64,000 nucleotides of DNA from positions 1-64,000 of the IMG/VR virus record IMGVR_UViG_3300037459_000160, one strand, 5' to 3'. This stretch comes from a virus. Position 1 is the first letter of the stretch. The number at the start of each line of letters is the position of its first letter. Positions 48,591 through 57,821 of this stretch are shown here, piece by piece. The translations under genes were made by a program, and so were the position numbers. The notes under the pieces are model-generated. The model ran no database searches and was not told where the DNA came from. It worked only from the letters and a program-made list of their open reading frames with translations.

Positions 48591-50192
48591 ATGGCGGCTC
48601 CCATACGTGAATTGCTGCATATTACCGCCCCCATTGCGTTTCAAGTTGAGGGCGAGGGTGAGAACAAGCCAATTCAGCGGGTTATCGTTAAAGGGTTCGC
48701 ATCGGTAGAAACCGGCGATCGTTCGGGCGACATTGTTCCACCTGAGGAATTCAACATTGAAAGGTTTATGGCAGCCCCTACGCTTTTGCTCAATCATCGG
48801 TTTTGGACCGATCCAATGGGCAACCGGGTTGCAATCGGTCGGCCTCTCACAATGAATCCGGTTAAGCTCGGCAAGATAGCCGGCGACGATGATAATTGGG
48901 CAATCATCGACTTAAAAACCAAAAAACAAATTGATAAGTTTCCAAAGGTCAAGGTACCCGATTTGAAAGCGGGCAGCCGTGGCCTTTTTATTACGGCTGA
49001 GATAACGGTACCGGAAGTTGCCGGGATGGTTGTACGCGGTGAGCTTTCCGCGTTTAGCTGGAAGGGCATGACGCTTGTTGAGTTTCGTTTCAATACGAAA
49101 CTCGGGCGTGTCGAGCGGGTGTTATTGGATATCGACCTTTTTGAGGTTTCTTTAACACACGTTCCCGATAATCCTGATTCAACACTTATCGTGGCAAAAG
49201 CGGTCAAGGAAATTATTCTTGAGAAAAGCCGGTTTGAGAGTCGTGAGCAAGCTGTTGCATACATGAATCATCACAATTTAACCGGGGCCGTTCGCGAGGA
49301 CGAGACCCGGTTTTATTCGCGTTTGTTGGACCCCTCGCGGATTGATAACGAAAAGCTCGTTACCGCAAAAATGGCCGAGGGTGTAACGGCGATTGTTGGA
49401 CCGTTACATAATCCCGGTGAGTGGCTGTTTGGGGATTTGCCGCAAGAGGAACGCGAAAGGATCAACAATCTTTACGATGCATCCGATACCGTTTCGGGTG
49501 CCGATTCGGATTCCGTTGATACGGAGGGCTCAAGTATGAGCGACACGGCACAAGCCCAAGACGCGGGAGCCGAGGTTACGGCAACCGATGCGGGCGATAA
49601 GGAAACGAAAGAAAAGGCCGGGAATTTGGGCGGTGCTGGTGGTGCTGGCGGTGCGATTTCCGGTGACGATAAAGAAGCGAAAACGAAAGCCGGGCATAAG
49701 GCAGTTGCGGCCAAGTCCAATGATGAGGCAATGGGGGCATTTGCCTCGGACATTGCCACACAAACGGCGGCTGGAGTTGTGAGCGGTCTCAAGCCCGTGT
49801 TTGAGGCTCAAACGGTGGCCCTCGCGACAATGGGCACGCTGATTGAAAAGATGGCCGGGGGAGTTGACGCGGGAGCCGAAACCCCGAGCGAACAGAAACC
49901 GAAAACGGAAACGGAAACGGACGACCTTGCCGCACAAGTGGCAAAGCAAGAGGCCGCGAAAACCGCGAACCTCAACGATGTTATGGGTCAACTCAACGCA
50001 TTGGCTGACGGGTTGCAGCAAACCCAACAGGCCGTTGTAACCGTCGCGAAATCGGCGGCAGCAATGGGGGCTCAAATTCCCAACGCGGCCGGCTCACGTT
50101 CCGAGAAACTTCCGGCTGAGAAATCAGTTGAGGAAGGCGACGATCCGAACGATTGCTTTGACAATACGTTTGGATTCCTTGGGGGCCAATAA
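48591..50192 (+). CDS. HK97-type prohead protease with C-terminal scaffold-like extension
   Basis: VKGFAS...DRSGDIV, LLLNH, AFS, LFEVSL..VPDNP; acidic Ala-rich tail. Confidence 0.85.
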   Translation: MAAPIRELLHITAPIAFQVEGEGENKPIQRVIVKGFASVETGDRSGDIVPPEEFNIERFMAAPTLLLNHRFWTDPMGNRVAIGRPLTMNPVKLGKIAGDDDNWAIIDLKTKKQIDKFPKVKVPDLKAGSRGLFITAEITVPEVAGMVVRGELSAFSWKGMTLVEFRFNTKLGRVERVLLDIDLFEVSLTHVPDNPDSTLIVAKAVKEIILEKSRFESREQAVAYMNHHNLTGAVREDETRFYSRLLDPSRIDNEKLVTAKMAEGVTAIVGPLHNPGEWLFGDLPQEERERINNLYDASDTVSGADSDSVDTEGSSMSDTAQAQDAGAEVTATDAGDKETKEKAGNLGGAGGAGGAISGDDKEAKTKAGHKAVAAKSNDEAMGAFASDIATQTAAGVVSGLKPVFEAQTVALATMGTLIEKMAGGVDAGAETPSEQKPKTETETDDLAAQVAKQEAAKTANLNDVMGQLNALADGLQQTQQAVVTVAKSAAAMGAQIPNAAGSRSEKLPAEKSVEEGDDPNDCFDNTFGFLGGQ

Positions 50193-50279
50193 TTCCCAAG
50201 GGAAACCTTAACTTCTAACCTTTGCGGTACCCATAACGGACCCGTTTCACTTATCCGTTTTCGCAAAGGATTTTTTCCG

Positions 50280-51287
50280 ATGAGTATGGATGCACAAATC
50301 AAACTGCCTCTGAAGCAATTGATGGAGAAATCCGCGATTGATTCAAGCAGTCTGCCGAATTCAATAATGAACCGGCAGCAAGCAAACCGTTTTATTGACC
50401 TTGTGGTTGATGAATCGGTCTTGATCAAAATGTCTCGGGTTGTTAAAGTCAATCACCCCAAGGGTGAAATCAACAAACTTGACCTTGGCGATATCGTTAC
50501 CGAGGGAGCCCACACAACGAGCCGGGCAACAACGCGAACCCCGAGCGAGAGAATCGTAACGTACGATATGGAAAAATATCGTTCGGCGTTCGATTTGAAA
50601 ACCGATTTCATGGAAGATAACCTTGAGCGGGCCGGTATCCGCGATACCCTCTTGCAAATGTTTAGCAAGCGGATTGCGATTGATACCGAGCTTGCCGCAA
50701 TCGAGGGTGACGATTCGTTGACGACCGGCGACGGTCAAACCGATGAGAACAATTTGTTGGGCGTGAATGACGGCTGGCAAAAAATTCTCGAAAACGCGGT
50801 ACCGGCCGCCCAACAGCTAGACGCGGCCGGGTTTGCCCCCTCCAAGCGGTTGTATTACGATATGAAACGGCTCATCCCGAGCCGGTATCGTGCGGCCAAG
50901 CCGAATTACACTTGGGTTACGCCCTCGGGGCCGGCCGACAAGTGGGCCTTGGATTGGAGTGACCGCGAAACGGCGGGCGGTGATCGGGCGTTGGCGACTA
51001 ACCAACGGCCGGGGCCTTGGGGAATCCCAATGCTTGAGGTTCCGTTGATGCCGGAAAACCTGCCCTTCGGTACGAGCGGCGTCGATGGTTCGTCAATCTG
51101 GTTGACCCCGTTGAAAAACCTGATTTACTTCATTCAACGGGAAATCACGATTGAGTTTGACCGGCAGCCCCGGCAAGACGTTTGGGAAGTGACCATCCAT
51201 TTCCGCGTCGATTTCGAGGTTGAAAACGTGGATTTGGTCATTTTGGCCAACAACGTTTCAATGAGTGGCAACGACTATACCGGCTAG
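50280..51287 (+). CDS. Major capsid protein (HK97 fold)
   Basis: 335 aa after protease; QANRFIDLVVDES, FMEDNLE, GIPMLEVPLMP, RVDFEVEN; followed by a terminator. Confidence 0.88.
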   Translation: MSMDAQIKLPLKQLMEKSAIDSSSLPNSIMNRQQANRFIDLVVDESVLIKMSRVVKVNHPKGEINKLDLGDIVTEGAHTTSRATTRTPSERIVTYDMEKYRSAFDLKTDFMEDNLERAGIRDTLLQMFSKRIAIDTELAAIEGDDSLTTGDGQTDENNLLGVNDGWQKILENAVPAAQQLDAAGFAPSKRLYYDMKRLIPSRYRAAKPNYTWVTPSGPADKWALDWSDRETAGGDRALATNQRPGPWGIPMLEVPLMPENLPFGTSGVDGSSIWLTPLKNLIYFIQREITIEFDRQPRQDVWEVTIHFRVDFEVENVDLVILANNVSMSGNDYTG

Positions 51288-51328
51288 AACCCGGTTTTGA
51301 GCCTTTGCCGCGTGTACGGAAAACCGCG

Positions 51329-51369
51329 AGGCTCGGCAAGGCCCCTTTTAACCTTGCCGAGCCTTTTTT
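51329..51369 (+). terminator. Intrinsic terminator after the major capsid gene
   Basis: AGGCTCGGCAAGG/CCTTGCCGAGCCT plus TTTTT. Confidence 0.85.
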
Positions 51370-51381
51370 ATTTGGTGAGAT

Positions 51382-52617
51382 ATGTTGCCCGAGGGAATCC
51401 AACAGATCGAAGCCCGCGAAGTGTTGCGGACGTTGCCCGAGAACGTTACAGGTAAAAAGATTGCCTTACGTTTGACGGGTGGGGTTGGCGATGCTGTGAT
51501 TGCAATTGGGGGCGTTGCGTATGCGTTGCGTAAAGAGGATTGCCAAATTACGGCGGCCGTAATGCCTCACCAAATTCCGTTAATGTTGGAAATGGTGGGC
51601 GTTGATAAGGCAGTTGAGGGGAGATTACTTAACCGTCCCGACATTTGCCAAAAATACGATTCTATCGTTTCATTCTCGGGCGTGTTCAATTCCCATCGGG
51701 AGTTACGGGCGGGAGGGTATTACAACCTTGTGAGCGACCGTACGGGCCTCAGGGTGGGGCCCGGCAAGTTTGCCTTTGAGCCAATTGCTCAACCGCGTGC
51801 GAGCGAGCGTACGGGCGTTCTCGGTCGTATACCGTACAAAGTGCGACGGGTAGCGATGCACCCAGGTTCAAGTAACCCGAATCGTTGTTGGGTATCCGAG
51901 CGTTGGCGAGAGCTTGCGTATGAGTTGCGGGACCGAGGGTGTAAAATCCTTTGGTTAGGTACTCGCGATGAGATGGGGTTTAATGCCGAGGGTATTTCCA
52001 AGATGAGCGACGAAACCGAGGATTTGGTTTTACAAGCCGAAGTCCTCGGGAATTGCGATTACTTCATTGGCAACGATTCGGGTTTTGCTCACATTGCGGG
52101 CGTGTTGAATGTGCCCGGTCTTGTGCTGTTTTTTAGTACAGCGGCCGAGGATGTAATACACGCATACCCAAGATTGAAAGGTGTTGACGTTTACGAACGG
52201 TCAAACGTTAAGCCGAGCCGAAGTTTGAGCCAAGGTTGTAAGGTTGCCGAGGTAGCACAACAGGCGATGAGTGTTGCCGATGTTTTGAAGGCAACGGGCC
52301 TTTATTCGGTTTCCCCGAAACGCGGTTCGCGTACGGAGGGTAAAGCCGTGGCAATAAAACTCGCGATTCTCGGGCAACCCGAAAATCCAACTTTAACCTT
52401 GTTGCGGGATTTCCTTATCAAGCACAATTACGAAGTGAAGCTATTGAGAAACGCCCCGACGCATGGGATGGAATTCGATTGTTTTATTTTATTGACCGGC
52501 AGCCGGTGCCGTTTGCAGGTAAAGGGTACGAGTGTTGCCGTTGATATCTCCAACCTTGAGAACGTTAGGCGAGCAATTCGCGAGTTGCTCCTAAGGGGCG
52601 ATGATGAGCAAACTTAA
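51382..52617 (+). CDS. Glycosyltransferase family 9 (heptosyltransferase-like)
   Basis: GGVGDAV, MHPGSS..RCW, FIGNDSGFAHIAGVLNVP. Confidence 0.88.
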   Translation: MLPEGIQQIEAREVLRTLPENVTGKKIALRLTGGVGDAVIAIGGVAYALRKEDCQITAAVMPHQIPLMLEMVGVDKAVEGRLLNRPDICQKYDSIVSFSGVFNSHRELRAGGYYNLVSDRTGLRVGPGKFAFEPIAQPRASERTGVLGRIPYKVRRVAMHPGSSNPNRCWVSERWRELAYELRDRGCKILWLGTRDEMGFNAEGISKMSDETEDLVLQAEVLGNCDYFIGNDSGFAHIAGVLNVPGLVLFFSTAAEDVIHAYPRLKGVDVYERSNVKPSRSLSQGCKVAEVAQQAMSVADVLKATGLYSVSPKRGSRTEGKAVAIKLAILGQPENPTLTLLRDFLIKHNYEVKLLRNAPTHGMEFDCFILLTGSRCRLQVKGTSVAVDISNLENVRRAIRELLLRGDDEQT

Positions 52618-53092
52618 AGATGCGATGCAAGCGATACGGGAAACGCCCCGATCGGCCATTGGGGATATTGAGGAATTAACGGGCCGGCTGGATGAGGCCG
52701 AGACCGCAAAGCGGCAAGCCTTTTTATTTTTGCGGGGCGTTATTGAGTTGGCCCCAGTGGCCATTATTGTTTGCGATTGTGAGGGGAAGTTTAAGGTTTG
52801 GAACGAAAAGGCAAATGAACTTGTTGGGGATAAGCCCAAAGACGTACCCCCCGAGTTTTGGCCCCAAGCGTACCAACTTTTTGACCCTTCCGACCATACG
52901 AAATTGATTGAAAAAGCCCCGCTAGCCGAGGCCCTTGAGACCGAGCGAGAGGTACACAAGTTTATGTGGATCGGTAATGGTTCCCGCCGATTGGTTGAGT
53001 GTGTTGCCCGGCCCGTTTATTGTATTCAAAGACTAATTGGGGCCGTGGTCTACTTCAAGGAATCGGAAACTCATGACCGACGATCCTTTTGA
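52601..53092 (+). CDS. Stand-alone PAS domain protein
   Basis: Coiled coil, then VIELAPVAIIVCDCEGKFKVWNEKANELVG...ARPV...IGAVVYFKE. Confidence 0.75.
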   Translation: MMSKLKDAMQAIRETPRSAIGDIEELTGRLDEAETAKRQAFLFLRGVIELAPVAIIVCDCEGKFKVWNEKANELVGDKPKDVPPEFWPQAYQLFDPSDHTKLIEKAPLAEALETEREVHKFMWIGNGSRRLVECVARPVYCIQRLIGAVVYFKESETHDRRSF

Positions 53093-53351
53093 CTTGGAAG
53101 ATTCCGTACCGATTCGCGAGGGAATGGTTGGCGATAAAAGTTGGCAGGAATACCGGCGATTGATTTTATTTGAGTTGAAACGCCAACACAACAAACAAGA
53201 GGCCCTTGATACGGCGGTACAAGCAATCAACCAATCGCTCACCGTTTTGAAAACCAAAGCCGCTATGTGGGGAGCCTTGGCCGGCTTGTTAGTCGGTACC
53301 GTGGTTACGATCGTTGGCGGCCTAGTAATTCACACATTGACGACCCATTAA
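53073..53351 (+). CDS. Coiled-coil plus single-TM protein (holin/XhlA-like)
   Basis: WQEYRRLILFELKR...LKTKAAMWGALAG TM. Confidence 0.55.
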   Translation: MTDDPFDLEDSVPIREGMVGDKSWQEYRRLILFELKRQHNKQEALDTAVQAINQSLTVLKTKAAMWGALAGLLVGTVVTIVGGLVIHTLTTH

Positions 53352-53363
53352 GGGAGAAAACAA

Positions 53364-53663
53364 ATGGTTGCAACAGCCGGCACCGCCGTAACCCTAGCGG
53401 CGAGCCCCGCACAAACTCAATTTTTTGATGACCCGGTTGGAGCAACCGAGGTTTTCGTTAAGAATGTGGGGGCGAACGTGGCCGAAATTCACGTACCGGG
53501 CTTGCACGCGGACGGGGATTTTTTCCCGATTGCGGTTGGGGCCGATTGTATTTTCCGGCTTGACCATATGGGTATTCGGAAAATATTTGGCCGAGGCGTT
53601 GGCGGTACAACCGATGTTGACTTTGGCGTTAAGTCTAAGACGTTCCCACACGGTACTAATTAA
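53364..53663 (+). CDS. Small beta-rich putative virion protein
   Basis: ORF in structural operon. Confidence 0.65.
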   Translation: MVATAGTAVTLAASPAQTQFFDDPVGATEVFVKNVGANVAEIHVPGLHADGDFFPIAVGADCIFRLDHMGIRKIFGRGVGGTTDVDFGVKSKTFPHGTN

Positions 53664-53673
53664 GAGTGCGGCA

Positions 53674-54027
53674 ATGGTTTTTGTACCGACAACAAACCTA
53701 TTTCCGCGAACCTCAATTTTGGAATACGGTGCAACGGGAAGTGTTGCGGATAACACATTAACAACCGTTTTATCGTTTACCGTTTTGGGTTCGCCCGCGT
53801 TTATTGACGCGATACACGCCGGGGGCAATTTGCCCGCGTGCTTTTCTCTCATTGTGAACACGATTCTAAAACTTGACTTTCAAAATTCCCATACGGAGCG
53901 AACCAAAGCCATAACATTGCCAGCCCCTCAACGTTTTGCGGTTGGCGATGTTGTGGATATTAAGGTTGAACATTTTCAGGTAGGGAAAAGCGGGATCTTT
54001 ACGGCAACCATTTTTGGGCATCGGTAA
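53674..54027 (+). CDS. Beta-rich putative virion protein
   Basis: ORF in structural operon. Confidence 0.65.
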   Translation: MVFVPTTNLFPRTSILEYGATGSVADNTLTTVLSFTVLGSPAFIDAIHAGGNLPACFSLIVNTILKLDFQNSHTERTKAITLPAPQRFAVGDVVDIKVEHFQVGKSGIFTATIFGHR

Positions 54028-54029
54028 TC

Positions 54030-54341
54030 ATGGGCGATTTGGTACGGGCTGGCTTTCGGGCCGATATAATTCAAGCAAACCCCGATTTGTATTTGAGGCA
54101 CGCTAAAATACAACTCAATGAAAAGGATTCGCAAGTTGCATCGTTGAACGCTCGCATTTTGGCAATGGAAACCGTTGAGCTTGAAAAACTTAGGTTGCAA
54201 CTTTCGGTGTTTGAAAAGGAACAACAGGAATTACGGGAACAAGTACGGAGTATTGCAACGGAGTATGCAAGTGAACTTGCCGGGCTTGAGTCCGGTGTTG
54301 TTGATGCCGAATTCACCGTGAAACCCGATTCAAAAGGATAA
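54030..54341 (+). CDS. Coiled-coil hypothetical protein
   Basis: Heptad pattern. Confidence 0.65.
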   Translation: MGDLVRAGFRADIIQANPDLYLRHAKIQLNEKDSQVASLNARILAMETVELEKLRLQLSVFEKEQQELREQVRSIATEYASELAGLESGVVDAEFTVKPDSKG

Positions 54342-54347
54342 TCTCAA

Positions 54348-55328
54348 ATGTCAGATTTTGATTCCGCACAACCTGTTAGGCTTAATGACGGTACTAACGA
54401 TTTCGGTTTTGTTATCGGTACCCCGTTTTTCGTGACCATTGCGGACGCGGGCGGGGATCAAATCGAAATTGACGCGAGCGGCCAACTTGGCGTTGTAATC
54501 GGCTCGGGGCCGGCCGACATTGGAAAGGCCGAGGATTCGGTACACGTAACCGGCGATGTTGGCGTTGGCCTGTTGGCGGTTCGCCAAAGTGTCCAAGCCG
54601 ATTTGGCCCCCGATGGGGATTACACGTTTCCCACAATCGACGACTCGGGAGGGCTTCGCGTTTCCATCGTTGCGGGGAGTGCGGGGGGAGCCTCGGCCGT
54701 TGATGATTCGGTGTTTACGATTGGCGTTGATAACGTGGCCCCGGCCGGTTATCTGGCCGATGAGACCGCGACCGATTCGGTTGATGAGGGCGACGTCGGG
54801 TTGGCCCGGATGACCCTTGACCGAAAGGTTTTGCATGTTCTTGTTGACCCGACAACCGATGCCAACCGGGCAGCGATTGACGCGAACGGGAGCCAACAAG
54901 TTTTGCTTTTCGGCTCACTTGATCCGACTTCGGTTAATGCCGATGATAACCCGATTTTCGTTCAAGTGGTGACCGGGGCGACAAGCTCAACGGAAATCAA
55001 CGACTTTAACCAAGCGGTGGGCGTTGCCGCGATGGGTGGAACGGCCACGCACGCATTGCCTGTATCGGCAGCCTCAACGCTTCTATTGCGTTCGGTTATC
55101 TTTGCGGGTTCGGGCTCGGGTAAGGTTGAGATTGCCCTTGGGCCGTTGGCGAGCGAGGTTACAAAGGCGGTTGCGTTCATTTCCTCGGCCAACCCGACGC
55201 GGCAAGTATTCTTTGATCCGCCGATTGAGCTTGTCTTTGCGTCCGATGAGCAAGTTTTGTTGACGGTAACCAACCGCGATAACCAAGCCCAAGACCTTTA
55301 CACAACGATTATCGGGGATGAAATTTAA
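54348..55328 (+). CDS. Putative virion fibre/decoration protein
   Basis: Acidic Gly/Ala/Val/Thr-rich, KAEDSVH.TGD.GV motif, 326 aa. Confidence 0.7.
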   Translation: MSDFDSAQPVRLNDGTNDFGFVIGTPFFVTIADAGGDQIEIDASGQLGVVIGSGPADIGKAEDSVHVTGDVGVGLLAVRQSVQADLAPDGDYTFPTIDDSGGLRVSIVAGSAGGASAVDDSVFTIGVDNVAPAGYLADETATDSVDEGDVGLARMTLDRKVLHVLVDPTTDANRAAIDANGSQQVLLFGSLDPTSVNADDNPIFVQVVTGATSSTEINDFNQAVGVAAMGGTATHALPVSAASTLLLRSVIFAGSGSGKVEIALGPLASEVTKAVAFISSANPTRQVFFDPPIELVFASDEQVLLTVTNRDNQAQDLYTTIIGDEI

Positions 55329-55337
55329 GCCCCTCAA

Positions 55338-55353
55338 GTGAACCCGGTTTCAC
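55338..55353. promoter_or_regulatory. 16-bp palindromic motif copy
   Basis: GTGAACCCGGTTTCAC. Confidence 0.75.
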
Positions 55354-55551
55354 AGTAAACGAAGTAAGGAAAGAAATGAGTACAGGAAACGAAAACGAAA
55401 AGGGAACCCCCGAGTCTAGAGTAAATTCGATTGAGTTAAAGCCGGGGAACGAATTGATTGTTTTAATTCGGCTTGTGGAGCAACTCAATGCGAATGTTGT
55501 CGGGCTCCAAACGATTCTTTCCGAGTTTATCGGGGAGTTGAGAAATCCTAA

Positions 55552-56049
55552 ATGAGCGATATTGACAATCACGATTTTGATATTGCGATACGGGCCCCTG
55601 ATTCGCCCTCGGGTTCCGTTTTCGGTATTATCGGCCGCGTTGACGATCGGTTAAAGGTTGATGTTGGGGAATCGGGCCCGTTAATCACGATTCCCGGCCT
55701 TGTTGCATTAACGAGCAGAATACGGGAATACGATAGGGATACGCATACCTCGGCGAGTACCCCAAAAACGCTTGTTTCGTTTACCGTACCCGTTGATGAG
55801 GTACTTGAGCTTTTTCATTGGCACGCGGCAGCCGAGGGGGCATCGTACCTTGTATCGTTTCAACTTGACGGGGTAGAATTTGACGCGATTCGGGCGGTAT
55901 CTGCAAACGATGCGGGCCGAATTGAGGTTGAGTACACGGCGGCCCCGGTTCAAGCCGTGGCGGGCGAGGTTGTGAGTATTGAATTGTTGGAAGTTGCCAA
56001 CAACAAAGAAATCATCGTAGGTTTTAATGGGATTGTATTTGACGCATGA
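55552..56049 (+). CDS. Putative virion protein
   Basis: N-terminus MSDID..D similar to 54348 (MSDFDS); beta-rich. Confidence 0.65.
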   Translation: MSDIDNHDFDIAIRAPDSPSGSVFGIIGRVDDRLKVDVGESGPLITIPGLVALTSRIREYDRDTHTSASTPKTLVSFTVPVDEVLELFHWHAAAEGASYLVSFQLDGVEFDAIRAVSANDAGRIEVEYTAAPVQAVAGEVVSIELLEVANNKEIIVGFNGIVFDA

Positions 56050-56699
56050 GCCGACGAACAAAAGAAATGGATTGGGCCACGTTCAAAACCCGCGTTGACG
56101 CGGGCGGGTTGCGAGTGGAATACGACGTTATCAAACGAAATTTGGGCGGGAGCGAACAAGAGTTTTACGACATTTGGGCGGGGGATCAACTTACAATTTT
56201 CACTTGTGGGATTAAGAAAGAAAATCCCACGGTTGACCCGAGCGACCAAAAGGTATTTGAGGATGATTATTTGCCGATGGCAAATACCGTAAATCCTCTC
56301 ACGGTTGACCCGATAGCCGGTAGCACGGTAATCCTAGATGGGGATGCGGTAAGCGGCAGCATACCCAAGGGCTCGGCGGTTGATATTGACTTTGGGCCGA
56401 TCGGCGAGCAACGGTTACTCAAGGGCGGGCACTTGATAACCGATAAATCGGTAATGGGCGATTGGGTCAAATTCCAGGTAATCGACATTGACGACGTTTT
56501 GGGGCAAGGGGCCGGTTTCGTGGTTGCCACGTTTATTAAAAAGTGGTTTGTACCCCCCACGGGCATGATTCAATTTGAGACCCCGCAAGCCTCAAAAATC
56601 TTTGCCGGGCTTTACATTCGTTGTACTTATACATCGGTTGGAACGGTGAATAATGTAACGGCGGGAATCAATTATCTCTTACTCAAACAATTGAGCTAG
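56046..56699 (+). CDS. Putative virion protein
   Basis: Coupled ORF, beta-rich. Confidence 0.65.
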   Translation: MSRRTKEMDWATFKTRVDAGGLRVEYDVIKRNLGGSEQEFYDIWAGDQLTIFTCGIKKENPTVDPSDQKVFEDDYLPMANTVNPLTVDPIAGSTVILDGDAVSGSIPKGSAVDIDFGPIGEQRLLKGGHLITDKSVMGDWVKFQVIDIDDVLGQGAGFVVATFIKKWFVPPTGMIQFETPQASKIFAGLYIRCTYTSVGTVNNVTAGINYLLLKQLS

Positions 56700-56701
56700 G
56701 C

Positions 56702-57232
56702 ATGTTGCCGGTTGTTACTAGATTTTGTACGGGTGCGAATCTTGCCGCTACATTGCAGCGGTTAAGCGATGATTTTTATTGGAATCCAACGGCGGTTGCT
56801 TTCCAAGTGGCCCCGGCGTACGCGGATAAGAAAATTGCGTTGGCCGAGGGAGCGGCCGAGAATCTTGAGAGTTACACGGCTTCGGTTGCCAGCCTCGGTA
56901 ATGCGGGCCGGTTGCTCGTTAGGGTACACGATGAGGATAACGCCAACCTTTGCATCGGTACGGCTCATACGGGCGTTCTCAATGGCGAGGAAGTACAAGA
57001 CGTTGGAATAGTTGACGAACACTTGAGGCGAGACCAGAGCCTAGTTCCGGCCCCCGTGGGTACCGATCGAACGCCTAACAACGCCAATCGGAAACTCACC
57101 AACCGCGTTAAGATTGATGAGGGAGCCGGCAAGCTAACGGTTTATGAGGAAGATGATACAACGACTGCCTTTGAGCAAACCATTACGACCGATCCAAACG
57201 CGGAACCTTTGACCGAAGTTGACACGATATGA
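56702..57232 (+). CDS. Putative virion protein
   Basis: LTNRVKID..LTVYEEDDTT motif. Confidence 0.65.
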   Translation: MLPVVTRFCTGANLAATLQRLSDDFYWNPTAVAFQVAPAYADKKIALAEGAAENLESYTASVASLGNAGRLLVRVHDEDNANLCIGTAHTGVLNGEEVQDVGIVDEHLRRDQSLVPAPVGTDRTPNNANRKLTNRVKIDEGAGKLTVYEEDDTTTAFEQTITTDPNAEPLTEVDTI

Positions 57233-57501
57233 GCGGCCGAGCCCGGTTTTTGCTGTTGGGTTGGTTAAACGCTCCCCCCGTGGAACGGGGTACGGCTTGC
57301 GGAACAATCACAATAAAGAGAGTCGGCGGGGGAATTACTTTGACACAACCGGGCGGCCGAATTGATTTACGGCCAAGGATTGGCGGGGAGTTGGAAGCTA
57401 TTCGCAAGGAATCCCGCGTTGGTGGCGATGTAACAATACAATCCCGCATTGGTGGAACCGTTCACATAAGAAAATGTGAGGAATCGGATACGTGCGAGTA
57501 A
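57229..57501 (+). CDS. Small protein with (R/V)GG-x-(I/V) repeats
   Basis: VGGGIT, PGGRID, IGGELE, VGGDVT, IGGTVH. Confidence 0.55.
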   Translation: MSGRARFLLLGWLNAPPVERGTACGTITIKRVGGGITLTQPGGRIDLRPRIGGELEAIRKESRVGGDVTIQSRIGGTVHIRKCEESDTCE

Positions 57502-57505
57502 GCCC

Positions 57506-57820
57506 ATGAGCCTAACAATTACAATTGACGAAGATAATTTAATCGAGTGGGATCAAATGACCGATTCCGCCGATGGTTCGTTTATTAACTCGGCAACTGT
57601 TGATTGGGAGTTAAAGGAAAAGGATGATACCGTTTTGTTCTCGGGTACCCTTGCATTCGTTGTGGCCTCGGATGGGAAATACCAAGGCACGATGGATAAG
57701 GCCGATACGGTGAACCTTGAGCGGGGCGAGAAATACTTTTTGGAACTAACCGCAACATTCGGGGGCCTTGATGGGTTCCGCCGAATTATGTGCATCGCAC
57801 AATTTCACGGCGAGGTTTAA
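57506..57820 (+). CDS. Ig-like small virion protein (putative)
   Basis: beta-rich, DGKYQG..L..G.KY.LE. Confidence 0.55.
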   Translation: MSLTITIDEDNLIEWDQMTDSADGSFINSATVDWELKEKDDTVLFSGTLAFVVASDGKYQGTMDKADTVNLERGEKYFLELTATFGGLDGFRRIMCIAQFHGEV

Positions 57821-57821
57821 C

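Noticed and set aside
51285-51300. Further copies of the 16-bp palindrome (also about 33795 and 34199)
   Set aside because: Only the central AACCCGGTT/AACCGGGTT matches and the flanks are lost, so these were not counted
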